From positions 6,931,079 to 6,995,078 of the forward strand of contig OZ316898.1 in NCBI GenBank assembly GCA_973895155.1: a stretch of 64,000 bases of DNA, in the 5' to 3' direction. Under the pieces are notes generated by a model. The model searched no databases, was not told where the DNA came from, and saw only the letters and a list, made by a program, of their open reading frames with translations. This DNA is from Marsupella aquatica (taxonomy: Eukaryota; Plantae; Marchantiophyta). Positions 51,330 through 64,000 of the stretch are shown here, piece after piece; the stretch's first letter is position 1; every line of letters starts with the position of its first letter. The translations under genes and the position numbers were made by a program.

Positions 51330-52100
51330 TAGAGTGTGTGACTAATATTAATTGTGGAGTGTTCATTTTCCTGGTCTATTCATGAATTATTGCTAGGTGT
51401 ACTGATTTTGTGTTAACATTATGTTTGCACACATGTGGTGTGAAGAGTGTAAAAGTAAAGGAAGATAAATTATTCTGAAATATCCACAAAAATTAGTGTT
51501 ATTGGGATTCAAGTATCATTCATGTTTTAACTAAAACTTTAAACAACAATAGAAATACAAAATTTTGAAAATCTAAAATTAATTAGTGTTATTTGGATTC
51601 AAAATCACATTCACCAAATAAATAACAACATTAATTTTGTAGTAAAACTAATTCTTGTCTTTCATAACATTGTAGCACGTTCTCCAGTTCAAAAAGGCTG
51701 ACATTTGCCTCATTGATTGGTTAAAAACGGACAAACGTTAGGAAATATGCTGACTCGAGTGATCAGTGAGCCATAAGAGCCATCAAAGATTCACCTTGAG
51801 GAGGGTTTCTTTAGTGGCAAACATTCACACATTCCACGCGTCCCTATAATTGGACATCAAAAACAGACAGCCGAATAAGGCATATGGACCAGTGTGCCAA
51901 AAATTTGTTAAATTCCACCTCCCAAAAAATCTTTTGTCACTTTGGCAAAAATTGGTTACTATTTTTCTGTTTCATTAGCACCTGTAAGTTTTAAATCTAG
52001 GGAGATCTGATGGTCATGAAAATAATTGAATAAAGAATCTTTTGAGCATATTCTCCTTCGCACCCTTTACATTTGCCAGAGTAAAAAGTAAAATCCTTAA
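51330..52100. repeat. Second copy (inverted) of the 30945-31710 dispersed repeat
   Basis: Reverse-complement similarity in two blocks, 51330-51660 and 51925-52100. Confidence 0.6.
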
Positions 52101-52649
52101 AAATACGCAGATGGACTATGGAGAGACACAGTAAGCAATATCTTGTCAATGCCACCTCCGTTTGTCACTTCTGGCTTATGTTGGTCACTGTTTGTGTCTC
52201 ATTGGCGAAATAGGTCATTTTAAGGTTTGTCCGTGTCAGCTAGGGTGCCCAATGTCTCACATTCTGGGAAAGGAGAAGATGCAAAGAATGTTCCCCATCT
52301 AATCAATGTCCGACACATAGATGTACCCCTCTAAGGATAACCATCGAAATCTAGGTACTGGGTATGTGACAAGAGTAGGTAGGAGATAAGCTAATGGCAG
52401 ACAAAAAAAACTTGCTACTGCTGCCAACAGTGATCAAATCCTGCTGTAGCTAATGGGGTGTGTTGCTGGTAAGAAACAGGCTACTGGAATAGTATGGTAA
52501 ATTTTGCCAGAAGTGGCTAAAAGTTTTTGAGAGGTGAAATTTTGCTAAATCTCTACCACTCAAGAAAAGCTTCCACACTTTCACAGGGTCATTTTAGCCA
52601 TAATTAACGGTACTCCTTAATACAGAGAACTCTAACTATTAATTAAAAC

Positions 52650-53668
52650 CTATAATAAAAGGTCCCGCCACTTTTTAGAGTGGTGGTTATTCAAAATCTA
52701 ATGTTTGCAGTGCCAAAATTAATAACTGAGAAAGCAACAACAAAAACAAAACAAAACAAAGTAATAATTGAGAAAGCAACAACAAAACCAAAACAAGAAA
52801 AGTAATAATTGAGAAAGCAGCAAACAAAAGAAGGTATGTGGAAACTTGAAAATAGAGATAAGATACACAAAACAAGTAAGGAATCCAGGAAATGGAGGGG
52901 AGAGAATTCAGGAGGATCTCTCCCCTCCATTTCCTGGATATTCAACCCTCCCAGGATCCACCTCCCAGACAAACAAGGGCACAAAGGGTGTGGCATTTTT
53001 CAGAGATTACAAGCCAAAATTAAACTCATTTACTAGACTATCAGGTGCGCCATTCCACCATGTTTTCTTTTGAAAGCCCAAATAGAATCACTTGTTAGCC
53101 TTTGCCCAAGGAAAGGCCTTTGCCCTTTGCCACAAATGCCTGTCCAGTACCACTAGTACCACTGCCCATCCTTCTCTTTTTCTTGGGCACACACCTCCTT
53201 ACCCCAAAACTGAAAATTACAGACCTTGGCGCATCTATGCATCTTTTGCTCTTTCCGTAGGCACATATGTCTTGCCTTGAAAACTTGAAACAATATCTTT
53301 TTCACAACTGCATCTTTTACACAACGACACTTTTCTGCAATGACAACAACAATATATTTTTTGCAATGACGTTTTAATTTTGTAACAACATCAACAATAT
53401 CTTTCCTGTAATGACAGGTTTTAAACAACAACACATTTTATGCATCTACATATTTTACGCATCAACATACTATGTAACAGCTGTTTTGCAAATAATATCT
53501 TTTACACAGTCAATGACATTTTTCATACAAACAAAATCTTTTGCGCAACAACATCTATCAACATACCTTATGTGACATCTTTTAAATTTCAAATGGTGTC
53601 TTTTACACAATGTCATTTTTTCCTGCAAACTAAATCTTTTGTGCAACGTCTTTTGTGTATTTAGCTAG
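52650..53668 (+). mobile_element. Probable non-autonomous Helitron containing ~42-bp and ~19-bp internal tandem repeats
   Basis: 5' CTATAATAAAAGG-like start near 52650; three AATAA(C/T)TGAGAAAGCA units at 52720-52830; (A/G)ACATCTTTT repeats at 53290-53650; 3' end GCAACGTC...TTTAGCTAG|T. The left boundary is uncertain. Confidence 0.5.
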
Positions 53669-53751
53669 TAATTAATAAAGGAAACTAACATAGGGGGTAT
53701 TCCTAGCATATTGTCTAGGGATCCCTTTGGAAAGGAAGCTACTATACAAGG

Positions 53752-54047
53752 TGTTGGGGATAATCCCTATCCCGAGACACCATGCACATGTGAACACCAT
53801 ACAAAGTAGTCGACACAGCGAGTACGTGGTTCACCTCATGACCGAGGCTACGTCCACGGGAAAACAAGAGACCTTTACTTCTCTCTTGCCCAACTCCAAC
53901 AATGAACTGAAGATCCACCAGGGGCTGGCATTAGCCTTGGTTATATACAACATGCATCACTGCTAACCTTGAGTAGCTAAGTCCTAACCTAAGTTAGCCT
54001 AACCACGATTAACTCTAGAGTCACAAGACTAAGAGCAATACTCAACA
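53752..54047. mobile_element. Solo LTR (296 bp), Copia-type
   Basis: TGTTGG...CTCAACA termini with a perfect 5-bp TSD CAAGG (53747-53751 / 54048-54052). Related to the LTR at 16604. Confidence 0.88.
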
Positions 54048-54098
54048 CAAGGGATCCTTTTTAGTGATCCCTTTACTAGTGAAAATGAGCCCTAAAAA

Positions 54099-54427
54099 TG
54101 CAAGTGGCTTTCATTGGTACGTTGGAGAGGATTAGCCTAGAAACAAGAGTTCCCAGCTCAATCCCCCCTCCACACATAAACTGTGTGGAAGGTATTGTGT
54201 GTGTTTGTGTGGGTGGGGTGCTCTAGTGGGAGTACAGCTGGTTTCTCCTAGGCCCCTGGCTGCCGGTTTGTGGTCCTAGTCCAACCCTCTCTCCTTATGG
54301 CGCAAGTCCCTGCCAGATCCCTGGATATTGTCCCCATTTGTGGGCTACCCTAAAGTGGTGCACACTCCAAACTAGAACCTCTATACTCTGTTGGATGGGT
54401 CTACTTTTGCCTTTCAAGGCAAAAAAA
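54099..54427 (+). mobile_element. Diverged copy of the tRNA-derived SINE
   Basis: Colinear with the 39396-39725 copy: CCTAGAA...CCCAG.TCAATCC.CCCTCCACACATA...TGTTGGATGGG...TTTCAAGGC plus A-tail. Confidence 0.8.
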
Positions 54428-55311
54428 GAAAGCCAAGGCAAGAAGATACCGTGCAACGAGTAATTTTTTTATAATAGATTTTATCAATTTCAGTAGATTT
54501 TTATGCCCACTAGCAAAATGCATATTGAGAGAGAAAAAGTTGATTTTTAACAGAGAACATTTGGGATCACATTTGAGTTCAGAGGTTTGTATTGTCAGTG
54601 GTGGAATTTTAGTCTAGAGGTGGCTTACCAAAGACCCTATCACGAGGCAAGGATTGAAGCTCTGCAAAAGTGCACCAACGTACTTAAGAAAAAAGAGCTT
54701 GGATGGACCACAAGCTTGAGAAGTTTTTGACAAAGGGTGATCATTGCAACCCAACTATAGCAGTTACAACTAGTTAGTGGACCCCCTATTGATGTATGTT
54801 TTAGTACTTGTCAGGAAGCTATTACACTTTCTCCTGTTTTTATTATTTTTTAATTTTAAAAATAATGCATACATTTCAAAGTCATTGTTTACATCAATTG
54901 TAAAATTAAAAACTGTGGCAAAGTAATGATTCTCAAAAAAGGATAAATCTTAGAAAACTGATTCTTAGTATTGACTATAGCCAGTTCTTCCACAAAGTAG
55001 TGTCCTGTGCTTCCAAAATTTTGCTGCATCAGGGCCCTCAATGGTGCAATTATGTGAATCTCATTCTGAACTGAGGTGTAGAGTCACACCTCCTTGGTTC
55101 ACTTTCACCCTTGTGGAATGGTCAGGTCCAGAGTTTAGGGTATAGACAAAAGACGACCAGTCCCATAGTGTAATCCTTTTGGTCTCAGAAAATAGGACAT
55201 GAATGACACGAAATTTCAAATCAATCTCAAAATGTACTTTCCGCTAGGTTAAAATAAATTTCCAGTTGGTTTGAGAATACGAAAAGGATTGTAGAAAAAC
55301 TCGACCTGTTA

Positions 55312-55790
55312 TTATGTGGGCACGTATGACAAGAGCTGACACCTCGCACCCCTATGGCCTATGGGTCTAGGGGCTTGGGCTGGACCACTTTTTCCAATTT
55401 TCTCTTTTACCTTTTCTTTTGATAGGGACCCATAGGAAGCCAAGTAGGTTTCCCTTTCTCTTCCTCCTTTCTAACGAAAACCACAATATTATTCATTGGT
55501 TAAAATTGCTTCTGAGAATACATTCAAACCCTAAACTTGTAATATCTTCCGGTAACAAGACTATCCAAGGAAACAATAATAATCTAATCTTCAATCACAA
55601 AATTTAGTCTCTGCCATTCTCTATGTGGGCGCGTATCACATGAAGCTGACACACCCCTACGGTTTTAAGACTTGGACGGGACCACTTTCTCAATTGGCTT
55701 TCTCATTTCATTTGAAGGGGACCCATTGCAAGCCAATTGCGTTCCCCTTTCTCGTCCCCCTGTCTTTTAAAAAAGACAAAACAACTAATC
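55312..55790. repeat. Diverged direct duplication of ~170 bp upstream of HAK
   Basis: TATGTGGGC.CGTAT.ACA..AGCTGACAC...GGACCACTTT...GGGACCCAT...AAGCCAA at about 55312 and 55622. Confidence 0.75.
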
Positions 55791-56763
55791 ATTAAGAAAA
55801 ATTCCCTTTCGAAAAACATTCAACCGGTAACTCTTCCGGTCAATAGACCATCATAGAAAAAAATAATAACAAACGTGTACACCGGTACAGTAGTACCCGA
55901 AAATGCAGTACTTCCAATGGAATAAACAGTCAGGAGAATCTCAATAACCAAAGGATATCTGGATGGATCTCGAGAGCCAAGCGAAAGCTGAGGAGGCGGA
56001 CGTCTCGCGCTCTGGCATGCAGGTGCTGTCCATTTGGCCCTCATCAGGAGTTTTTTTAATCGCAAAATTCAAGCTCCATCAGTTAGCTACTTTCGACTAC
56101 AAATCTCCTATTTCCCACCACACAGGATCCACTAGCCACAATCTGGCGGTTCCCCTTAAGTCTAGGGAGATCTAGTGATCCAGAATTTGTCCAGCAAACT
56201 GGCATATGGAATATTCCAAGGAGATACTCCATAGAACACGGTACCATTTGCCCCACTAGGAGTCCTTAATACTTAAAGATTACCCTAACCCTCATCGTAG
56301 TCTCATAGTTCATGCACTCAGGGAAACTTATTAATTATAACACTTTTGGTCTCACTCATAGCATTTCCAAGGCTGCCCATTTCTAGCTAGGTGATATGAG
56401 AGAGTGAACTTTAATTTTTCTTAGCATCAAATATTTTGTGTGCAAATGCCTTTGGTGAATTTGTCTTAAAGCTGGTAGACTTATGAAGATTGAACCTCAC
56501 TTGCTACAATGAAGAATGTTACTTTTGGGCTACCCTCGTTGGGACAAGTAATCTCAAGTATTGCATTTGTCCAGATTTGCACACCTAGATGGCATTCAGA
56601 AATGCAAAGACATGAATGCTCATGACTTCACTTAGTGTACACAGTAGTGCACCTCAAACCTCTCTATTCTGGCTAAGGTCAAAGTGACACAGGTATACTC
56701 ACGAATAGGTGGTTTAGGACTGGCAATCTGTGTCCAAAACTAACACTTTTGCTGTCTCAATAA

Positions 56764-57063
56764 TTTGCCTTGAAAAGCTAAAACAGGCTCATCCAACAGA
56801 GGGCAGAGACGGCATGCTACAGAGCATGCATTTCTAGGGTAGCCACTAGGGGACAATACCTAGTGAATATAGAGGAGAGAGGATTAAACCAGAACCCCAA
56901 AGTAGGTAACTAGTTACTGAGAGAATAATCAATACTTTCACCACTACACTCCACCCACAAACACACATACCCTCCACAGCCCTTGAGAGTGGAGGGAGGA
57001 TTGAACTTGGTACCTCTATGTTCTTGGCTCGTCTTTTGGCCAACTAACCAGAGCCAGTTGGTT
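56764..57063 (-). mobile_element. Copy of the tRNA-derived SINE with a small internal deletion
   Basis: Colinear with 39396-39725 (TGCCTTGAAAA...CATCCAACA...GGGGACAATACCTA...GGAGGGAGGATTGAAC...GGCCAACT). Confidence 0.85.
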
Positions 57064-58199
57064 GATGTCTTCACGAAGCCTAATAGCCTGATATATATTT
57101 AAAGATAATAATTACATTTATCACCATATTTTTATGATATAGAGTGATATGGTATACCCTACATTGCCACATATTGATATGTGAAACTCATACTTCTGGA
57201 ATTATAATTCTTTTGTGACCCTTCAGGTTTCAGAAGCTCTAAAAAGACTAAAATGGACAAGATTGAATGGTTGACGGCAATAGATGTTTCTTCTCGCGCA
57301 ATAAACGCTCGTCCAGAAGATTCTTTGGAGTGCAGCCTTGAAAAAGTTTTGGCAACCTTTCCTGTCCCCAATAGAAACAACGGTGACAGCAGGAAGCCGA
57401 GTCGATCAATTCAGACAACGAAGGTACGTCCGGCGACTCGATAAATTTAGACAGACGGTGTTGCTTCATGGGATAAATCTGCGGTCGGGATCTCCTCCAA
57501 AAATTAGTGGATCCTATTCCGACCGCTCGATGAAATTGGCGGTCTGGCGGCAACGTCATCTCGCGCTTGTGATTAATGCCAATCCCTCCATGAGCTGCAG
57601 GAAAACTTACGCGCATAGGCGTGGAGACGCTTGGGAAAGTGCGAGGAACATAGCTGCGCAAGAGAGACGATCGAACGAGTGTTTTGTTTGGGCGTTCGAG
57701 AGATTGACAAGGAAGCTTTGTGTCAAATCAACAACTGTAGATAATCCCGGCCGATGGATGGAGCCAACGGGCGGGCATTGTGTGGAAGGAAATGAGGAAA
57801 GGACGGGTATAAGTACTGCGGGAGACCCTCTGAAGCATTTGGCTTTCCCACTCATGTCGAATGTGCGACACTATTGGAAGCTACATACTCCGTTCTAGCT
57901 AGTGTTGTAAGAGAGTGGTGGAAAGGGCGACCAGGGTCGATCGGATGTCAAGCCAGTCAAGCAAATGGTCTACATGGCTCCTGCTGCTTTGAAATGGGAG
58001 CTTAGCTAACAGGTACCGGGTTGTATTCAGCTCGCATGCGGATCATGGGAGATCAATAATTGGTTCGCATAAGTGATGGTCTGTTGACGTCGTCGAGCAG
58101 GTGAGCAAGCATCCTCTCCCACAGGCCAGGGAGTGTCTGGCTCGCGGGATTGAAGGCAAGTGATCGAATTAGAGATCGATAAATTCTTGATCGCTCGCC

Positions 58200-61100
58200 A
58201 TGGGTCCTCTCAAAGAATCGACGACCGTGGCAGACGACGTATCGGCAGACGTCGCAGCCACGCGGGGTGAGCAGCAGGACGACGACAGTTCTGCTACTTA
58301 TAATGGAGCTCCTGCTCCTGACGCTGAACTGGAGAGCGGTCACCATACGACTCGCATCTCCTTCAGCGGGACGACTCAGGAGCGCTATCCTTCCAAGGGA
58401 TTGAGCGGGCGGAAATGGAGCAGCCGCCTCATCGGTTTGAACCGCAAGGACTCTTTAGAGTATGACGCTGCTCGAGTGAAGGGAGTCCAAGTCTCGCACG
58501 CTTCTTACGGCGTAAGTAGTTTCACCATTATTTTATTGGTTCTTCAACGCTAGTCAGCAGATGCTTCTAGAATTGACGCTGCTTGCCTTTCTCGAAGTTT
58601 TGCCACTGCTGTAGGAATGGTAAGCTGTAAGTACTCCCTGAGCTGCAGCAATTCAGGAAGGTAGCTCATGGACGTCTTTGGATTGCCAGCCTTAACGCCA
58701 GTCACGCCTTTCATCCCTTGAAATGTTTATCCATCGCATGTGAATTTCTTCTGTCAGTCCATGATCACTACTAAGAGTCACAAATGTAAAAGCACACGGC
58801 TGCAAATATAACGTCGTTGGAATTGGTTTCCAGCTTTGTCTGCATTGTTGTCCTAGTATGCTCACGATCTCATTATGTAGTAGTTCGTTGGTAGTAGCAC
58901 AAGATCGCTCCACTTGTATTTGATCGCTTTTAGCAACCTGCTCAGGCGATTTGATGGAGTTAGACCGGTGAAGTGAGCGCATTGAGTTTTGCAAACCCTC
59001 GTACTGGCGAGCCCGGATACGAATCTCATTCCTAATCTACCTTCGCTTTGTGTTGTGTGTTCAATACACTCACCTGCCGTTACGCAGGAGCGTCGCACAT
59101 GTCTTTTGCTTTCACTGCATATTATTGAACCGGTTCCTGCACTGTTGATCTTCTGCTCATTCTCATTGTATGGACCGTTACAATTATGTTTTCGCTCCAA
59201 CGTTGCGGAGAACTGTAGTGCACATTCATTCATTCTAGAGAGATGAGAACAATGGCTGTTGAAGTTGAAAGCTTAGTTGAGGAACTGTCAGTCCGCAATC
59301 AGACCTCGGATATTATAAGATATCGAAGTAAAGTCTATTTGAAGCTTGGCCCGGCTGAAGGCAAGCTCTTTGCTGTGGTAACGTTCACCAGCGATAGTGC
59401 GTAAAGATTCTCGTACAGAGCCAACGTCCCCTTACAATCACGACCTGTACCTGGCATCATTTGCAGCAGGCCCCTCCGTAGCCTTCAGTAGAAACTACTG
59501 GAGCTGTGTCCCGGCCGGAGTCTCCTATCCGGATCAGCTGTTGCCAGGTAACCAGGTAAGGGAGCTCCGAAATTGTCGAACCACAGTACAGAAACTGGCT
59601 TCGTGAATTGGGTGGAGCATAGGGAGGGTCCCAGTTTTGAGCTTAGAGTATGGCTGTCGAACGGGGGAAGGTGTCTGGTATGGCTGTCCAAACGGGGGTG
59701 GTCTACAATACATTGCTGATACCCAGGATAAAAACTATTGAGGCCAGTATTAGTACGGATTGAACGTCCGTGTACTTTTCAATCGTATGTCATATATGTT
59801 TGCTTCGTCGATAGCCTGGAACCACAGTGCTTAGACTCATCTATCTATCTATCTATGTACAGTATAATATTACATTAAAAAATACGATTTCCGGGTTTTT
59901 CTGGCCCCCTGGGATATCATCAGCGCCGAGATACAATTTTCAGTTTCGGGATGATCAACGACGAACCTGAATAGTTGATCAGCTGCGTTCATCGTCTGGA
60001 AAGGAAGAATGACACCTTCAAACTCCTGAGAGAGAATCCCTGGAGTACATTTCGTTTCAATAATAAGCTGATAGTGGATTTGAGATTGAGACTAGCTCTG
60101 GTTGCTCTGCAGAGCCGAAAGCTGCCCTGGAGTCTTACGCTACTTCTCGCGTACCAGACGATCGGAGTGGTCTATGGGGATTTGGGAACATCACCCCTGT
60201 ACGTGTACGCTGCGATCTTTATCGACCGGATCCCAACGAAGCAGGAGGTTTACGGTTCTTTATCCATAATCATGTACACTTTCACTCTTCTCCCACTCAT
60301 CAAATATGTGTTCATCGTCCTACGAGCCAACGACAATGGAAATGGTAAGCATTCCTGCTACCAATGTGCCCTACCGTAGCGAACCATAGCAAACTTGAAG
60401 AGAGCGAAAGAGCGAGAGAGACAGAGATTCTGTTGCTCCCAATGCCTGAGGATAACTTTTGAGGGTCAGGCTGATTCTTGAGGATCGTCAATGCATTGTC
60501 AGTGCACCCGATAGATGATACTATGGTGCGGAAATATCAAGAGAAGAGTGAGTTATCGTGAAGGTCTAAATTTTGTCAGGACATTCCTAGAAATACCTTG
60601 TGCGATAAATCTAATTCAAGCACTTGAGGGACAGATAGCTTGACAACTTTTCGGGACGAATGCGCCCGGCTCTTTGGTTAAATTAGCTTCTTCCTTGATT
60701 GTTTGCAGGAGGGACATTTGCGTTATACTCGCTTCTTTGTCGACACGCCAAAATTTCTGTCGCTCAAAATCAGGCTCCGGAGGATTCCGAGGTCTCGTCA
60801 TACAATCTGCCCACACCTAGCAGACAGTTTAGGCGCGCCAACCGGATGAAAGTGGGTATGCAGAGAAGTTCGTTTCTCAGAACCGGGCTGCTCTCCATTG
60901 CCGTTCTTGGCACCTGCATGGTCATTGGCGATGGTGTGCTCACACCTGCCATTTCAGGTACTGCACAGGCGATGCCTTGCAAGTCATTTAATTAATCTGC
61001 TTGCTGGGACCGCTATGTTGTTCGCTATGAGCCCTGCGAGGTACCTGCTTGGGAACAGGTCATTATAAAAGTCGACGCCGTCATCCTTTCTAAGGCACCA

Positions 61101-63674
61101 AGCATGCTCCGGATTTCCCCAGCTATGTAATCAAGAGAAACTCGAAAATGTGTAACTTTTTCACATGTGTTCTCACAGCCCAAACTGTCGACAGAAGGGG
61201 AAATCTTCAGTGTATGGGCCTGTGCCTGACGGAAATTAAATTGCTCAACTAAATAGTATTGCCTGATCAATCAATGATGCATGGATACTACTTGTATAAT
61301 GGTTTGGCCAGCGTGATCGTGATTCTTTGGTTGTTTTTTGTTTGTGATTGCTAGTTTTGTCGGCGATTCAAGGGCTCGAAACCGCTGTGAATGGTGTCCA
61401 TAAAAGTAAGTAACTTTGAGCCATTCGAGAATCCAGGAAATGGCGTTGTATGAGAATTGCCCAGTGTTGTGTGGTTTTCTTATCAAGAATAGGATTGGTC
61501 TATGTTCGTTTGGAGGGTCGTAGTGCCCCCATAGTTTCCACCGGGAAAGCCAGGAGCTGACGGAATTCTCGAGGTAATTGATATGGGTTCTCACTTCCTG
61601 CAAAGACTCAACTTCAGCTATCATACATCTGTGGGTAACAACATAAATCGGCTATGATATAATTTGGGAACTGAGAGTTATTCCAATGTTGCGATCTTTC
61701 AAAAAAAATCCTAATATTCCAGGCGGGCATCGATGATGGTGAACTCATTCACAGTAGTATCTTTTTAGGTGATGTACAAATTTTATCGTGATTTGGCTGG
61801 CACTAATTGTGGTGTTTTTCGTTTATCTGCAGATCTCGTGGTGATAATATCATGTGTGATACTGGTGCTCTTATTTAGTGTTCAGCGCTTTGGCCCAGAC
61901 AAAGTCGGTTATATGTTCTCACCGATTGTCCTGACTTGGTTTCTTTCAATTGCCGTGATCGGAGTTTACAATATCGTAAAGTATGACCCAAGCGTTTTCA
62001 AAGCAATCAATCCATGGTACATTATATTATTCTTCAAAACTGACAAGAAGAGGGCCTGGGTCTCACTGGGAGGAGCAATACTCTGCATCACAGGTAATCT
62101 CGCCCATATTAGTTGGCTGTGTCTTGAATAGTACTGCCTGTGCGCGCGGTTTGAACCGATGAAATGCGATTTGAAAAATGCTTCCAAGTAGCATCGTATA
62201 GTCTATCGCTTCCCGCGCTTGAATCATTCACGGGGCGTTCTCAATGGGAGACGTGATATACTCTTCAAATGCGATCCACAGGAACTGAGGCCATGTTCGC
62301 TGACTTGGGACATTTCTCAGTGAGAGCAATCCAGGTATTTATGGATATCAAATGAACATGTGAATATCGTAATAATGTTTTGTTATTGAACTGCTTCGTG
62401 TTTAATCTGTTTTTATGGTCGTTTCTTCAGACCATATCGTTTGAAAACTCAGCCTGTCTGGCGTTGAGGTCTAGCATAGTTTCTATTTCGCATGGTTCAG
62501 CGTACCAATGTCATATCGTAAGAGTATGCACTCGTTCATTGGCGCGTAGAATCAATGCCCTCTGTCAACATTGCAATTCTTGTTCTGGGAAAATTTGATA
62601 CATATCCATGCCTTGTAATTAGTGATAGTAAGTGAGACTTTCTTACAAAGTGGCATGTGCTTGCGATGGATACAGGTTGCCTTCACGTCCCTTGTTTACC
62701 CCTGCTTGTTAAGCGCTTACATAGGTCAGGCTGCCTACCTCACCGTTCATCCAGAAAATGTGGCTCAAACATTCTTCAAATCGATTCCAAGTAAGTGATT
62801 TTTCTAGTTTCCTTTGTTTCTCACGTCTACCTCCATCACACGCGAGTGCAATCGTTGTCTCAGTTCCCCGACTGGGCCATCTAACGAGAGACTCGAAGAT
62901 TGAATGTCTTCAAGGGAGATTAAATGCATTCCTGGGTACAGATGATTGCGGGTGGAATTTAAGAAAACGTCCACGAGTCGATAACCATGAGCAACAGTTA
63001 CTGAGAAGACGAGATGATAATAACAAGAACCTTAAGGGTAATTAAAAGGGTTGCCAGTTGCGTTTCTAAAATACATGGACATTTGGGAGTAATTTATGAT
63101 ATGCTGTAGGTGAATTATGGCTTAGGAGCTGGTATGCAAATGGAATTATAAATATGAGAGCGATGTGGAGTATAGCACGGAAATAGCCGCCGTAGTAGCA
63201 AATACCTTAGGCAATCGACCAGCACAAAGGGTTGCTCCTACAAGTCGAATTTGAAGCAGTATCTTGAAGTGTCTGAATAGACTTTCTTACCGTTTTTTTT
63301 CGGGTATATTCACAGAATAACTTAAAATGAAAATTTGACAAAGCCCATTTGTGGATGTACTGTGCTTTTTCACCAAGTTGAATGTTTTCTGATGTTCGGT
63401 TGCTGGGATGTCTTTCCAGAACCAGTTTACTGGCCCATGTTTGTAGTAGCCACAGGCGCAGCTATCATAGCAAGTCAGGCTATGATCTCAGCCACCTTCG
63501 CTATTGTCTATCAAGCCATGGCTTTGGGCTGCTTTCCCCGAGTTCGAGTGGTGCATACCAGTAAAAAGTACCCTGGTCAAATCTACATCCCAGAGATGAA
63601 CTGGCTTTTGATGATTCTATGTGTTGCCATTGCTGCCGGCTTTCAGGACACGAGCCAGATTGGAAATGCGTACG
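58200..63674 (+). CDS. HAK: HAK/KUP/KT potassium transporter (HAK5/HAK1-like), 3'-truncated by window edge
   Basis: Exons 58200-58511, 60113-60344, 60709-60957, 61355-61405, 61833-62093, 62282-62334, 62676-62790, 63420-63674. Motifs [109 protein letters not shown]. Confidence 0.96.
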
Positions 63675-64000
63675 GTGGGTACTACTGCACTCCCAAGATA
63701 AAATTTTCCTGATTCTCTAACTGATCAAACGAATTAAATTGTTCCTCTGGCAAATTGCAACTGGTTTCAGAAGATACATCAAAGAGCAATCTAGGTGGAG
63801 TGAGTTAGGCAATCGACACCCTCTGGGTGACGAATCTCTTCAGGAATCCCTCAATTCTGCTCATTTTATCGAGTTCTTATTCTTAGATTTATTATGGATA
63901 ATAGATCCGGTTTCACCTTGTTCCAGTAAAAAAACATTAACCTGTCAGTGCTTACGGATTATAGTTTTCCCGTACTCCTACCGGCTATTGGTGTCTACGT

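Noticed and set aside
57338-57898. 186-aa ORF upstream of HAK
   Set aside because: Non-ATG start, no recognisable motifs, and it overlaps the probable HAK promoter.

Overview
Intron-rich land-plant nuclear DNA; composition and gene style suggest a non-seed plant, probably a liverwort (inference). Five recognisable + strand genes can be spliced together by eye: the 3' part of ABCI12 (ECF-T/CbiQ membrane subunit), plastid enoyl-ACP reductase, a FIG4/SAC1-5-type phosphoinositide phosphatase with one clear and one probable GC-AG intron, a DEK-C plus twin-SWIB protein, and a HAK/KUP K+ transporter that runs off the right end. The main hidden feature is a sixth, five-exon minus-strand gene (41484->38831) that the ORF track does not show. 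It has phase-compatible GT-AG introns and encodes an unrecognised, very basic ~90-aa protein. There is also a candidate alternative first coding exon (MDLESQ...) 2.2 kb upstream of the HAK gene that would swap its regulatory N-terminus. Intergenic DNA holds two solo LTRs with perfect 5-bp TSDs, an LTR+PPT fragment, four copies of a tRNA-derived SINE, a Mutator-like MITE with a 9-bp TSD, Helitron-like 3' ends, a LINE remnant and several tandem repeats. All models are manual; no database search was run.
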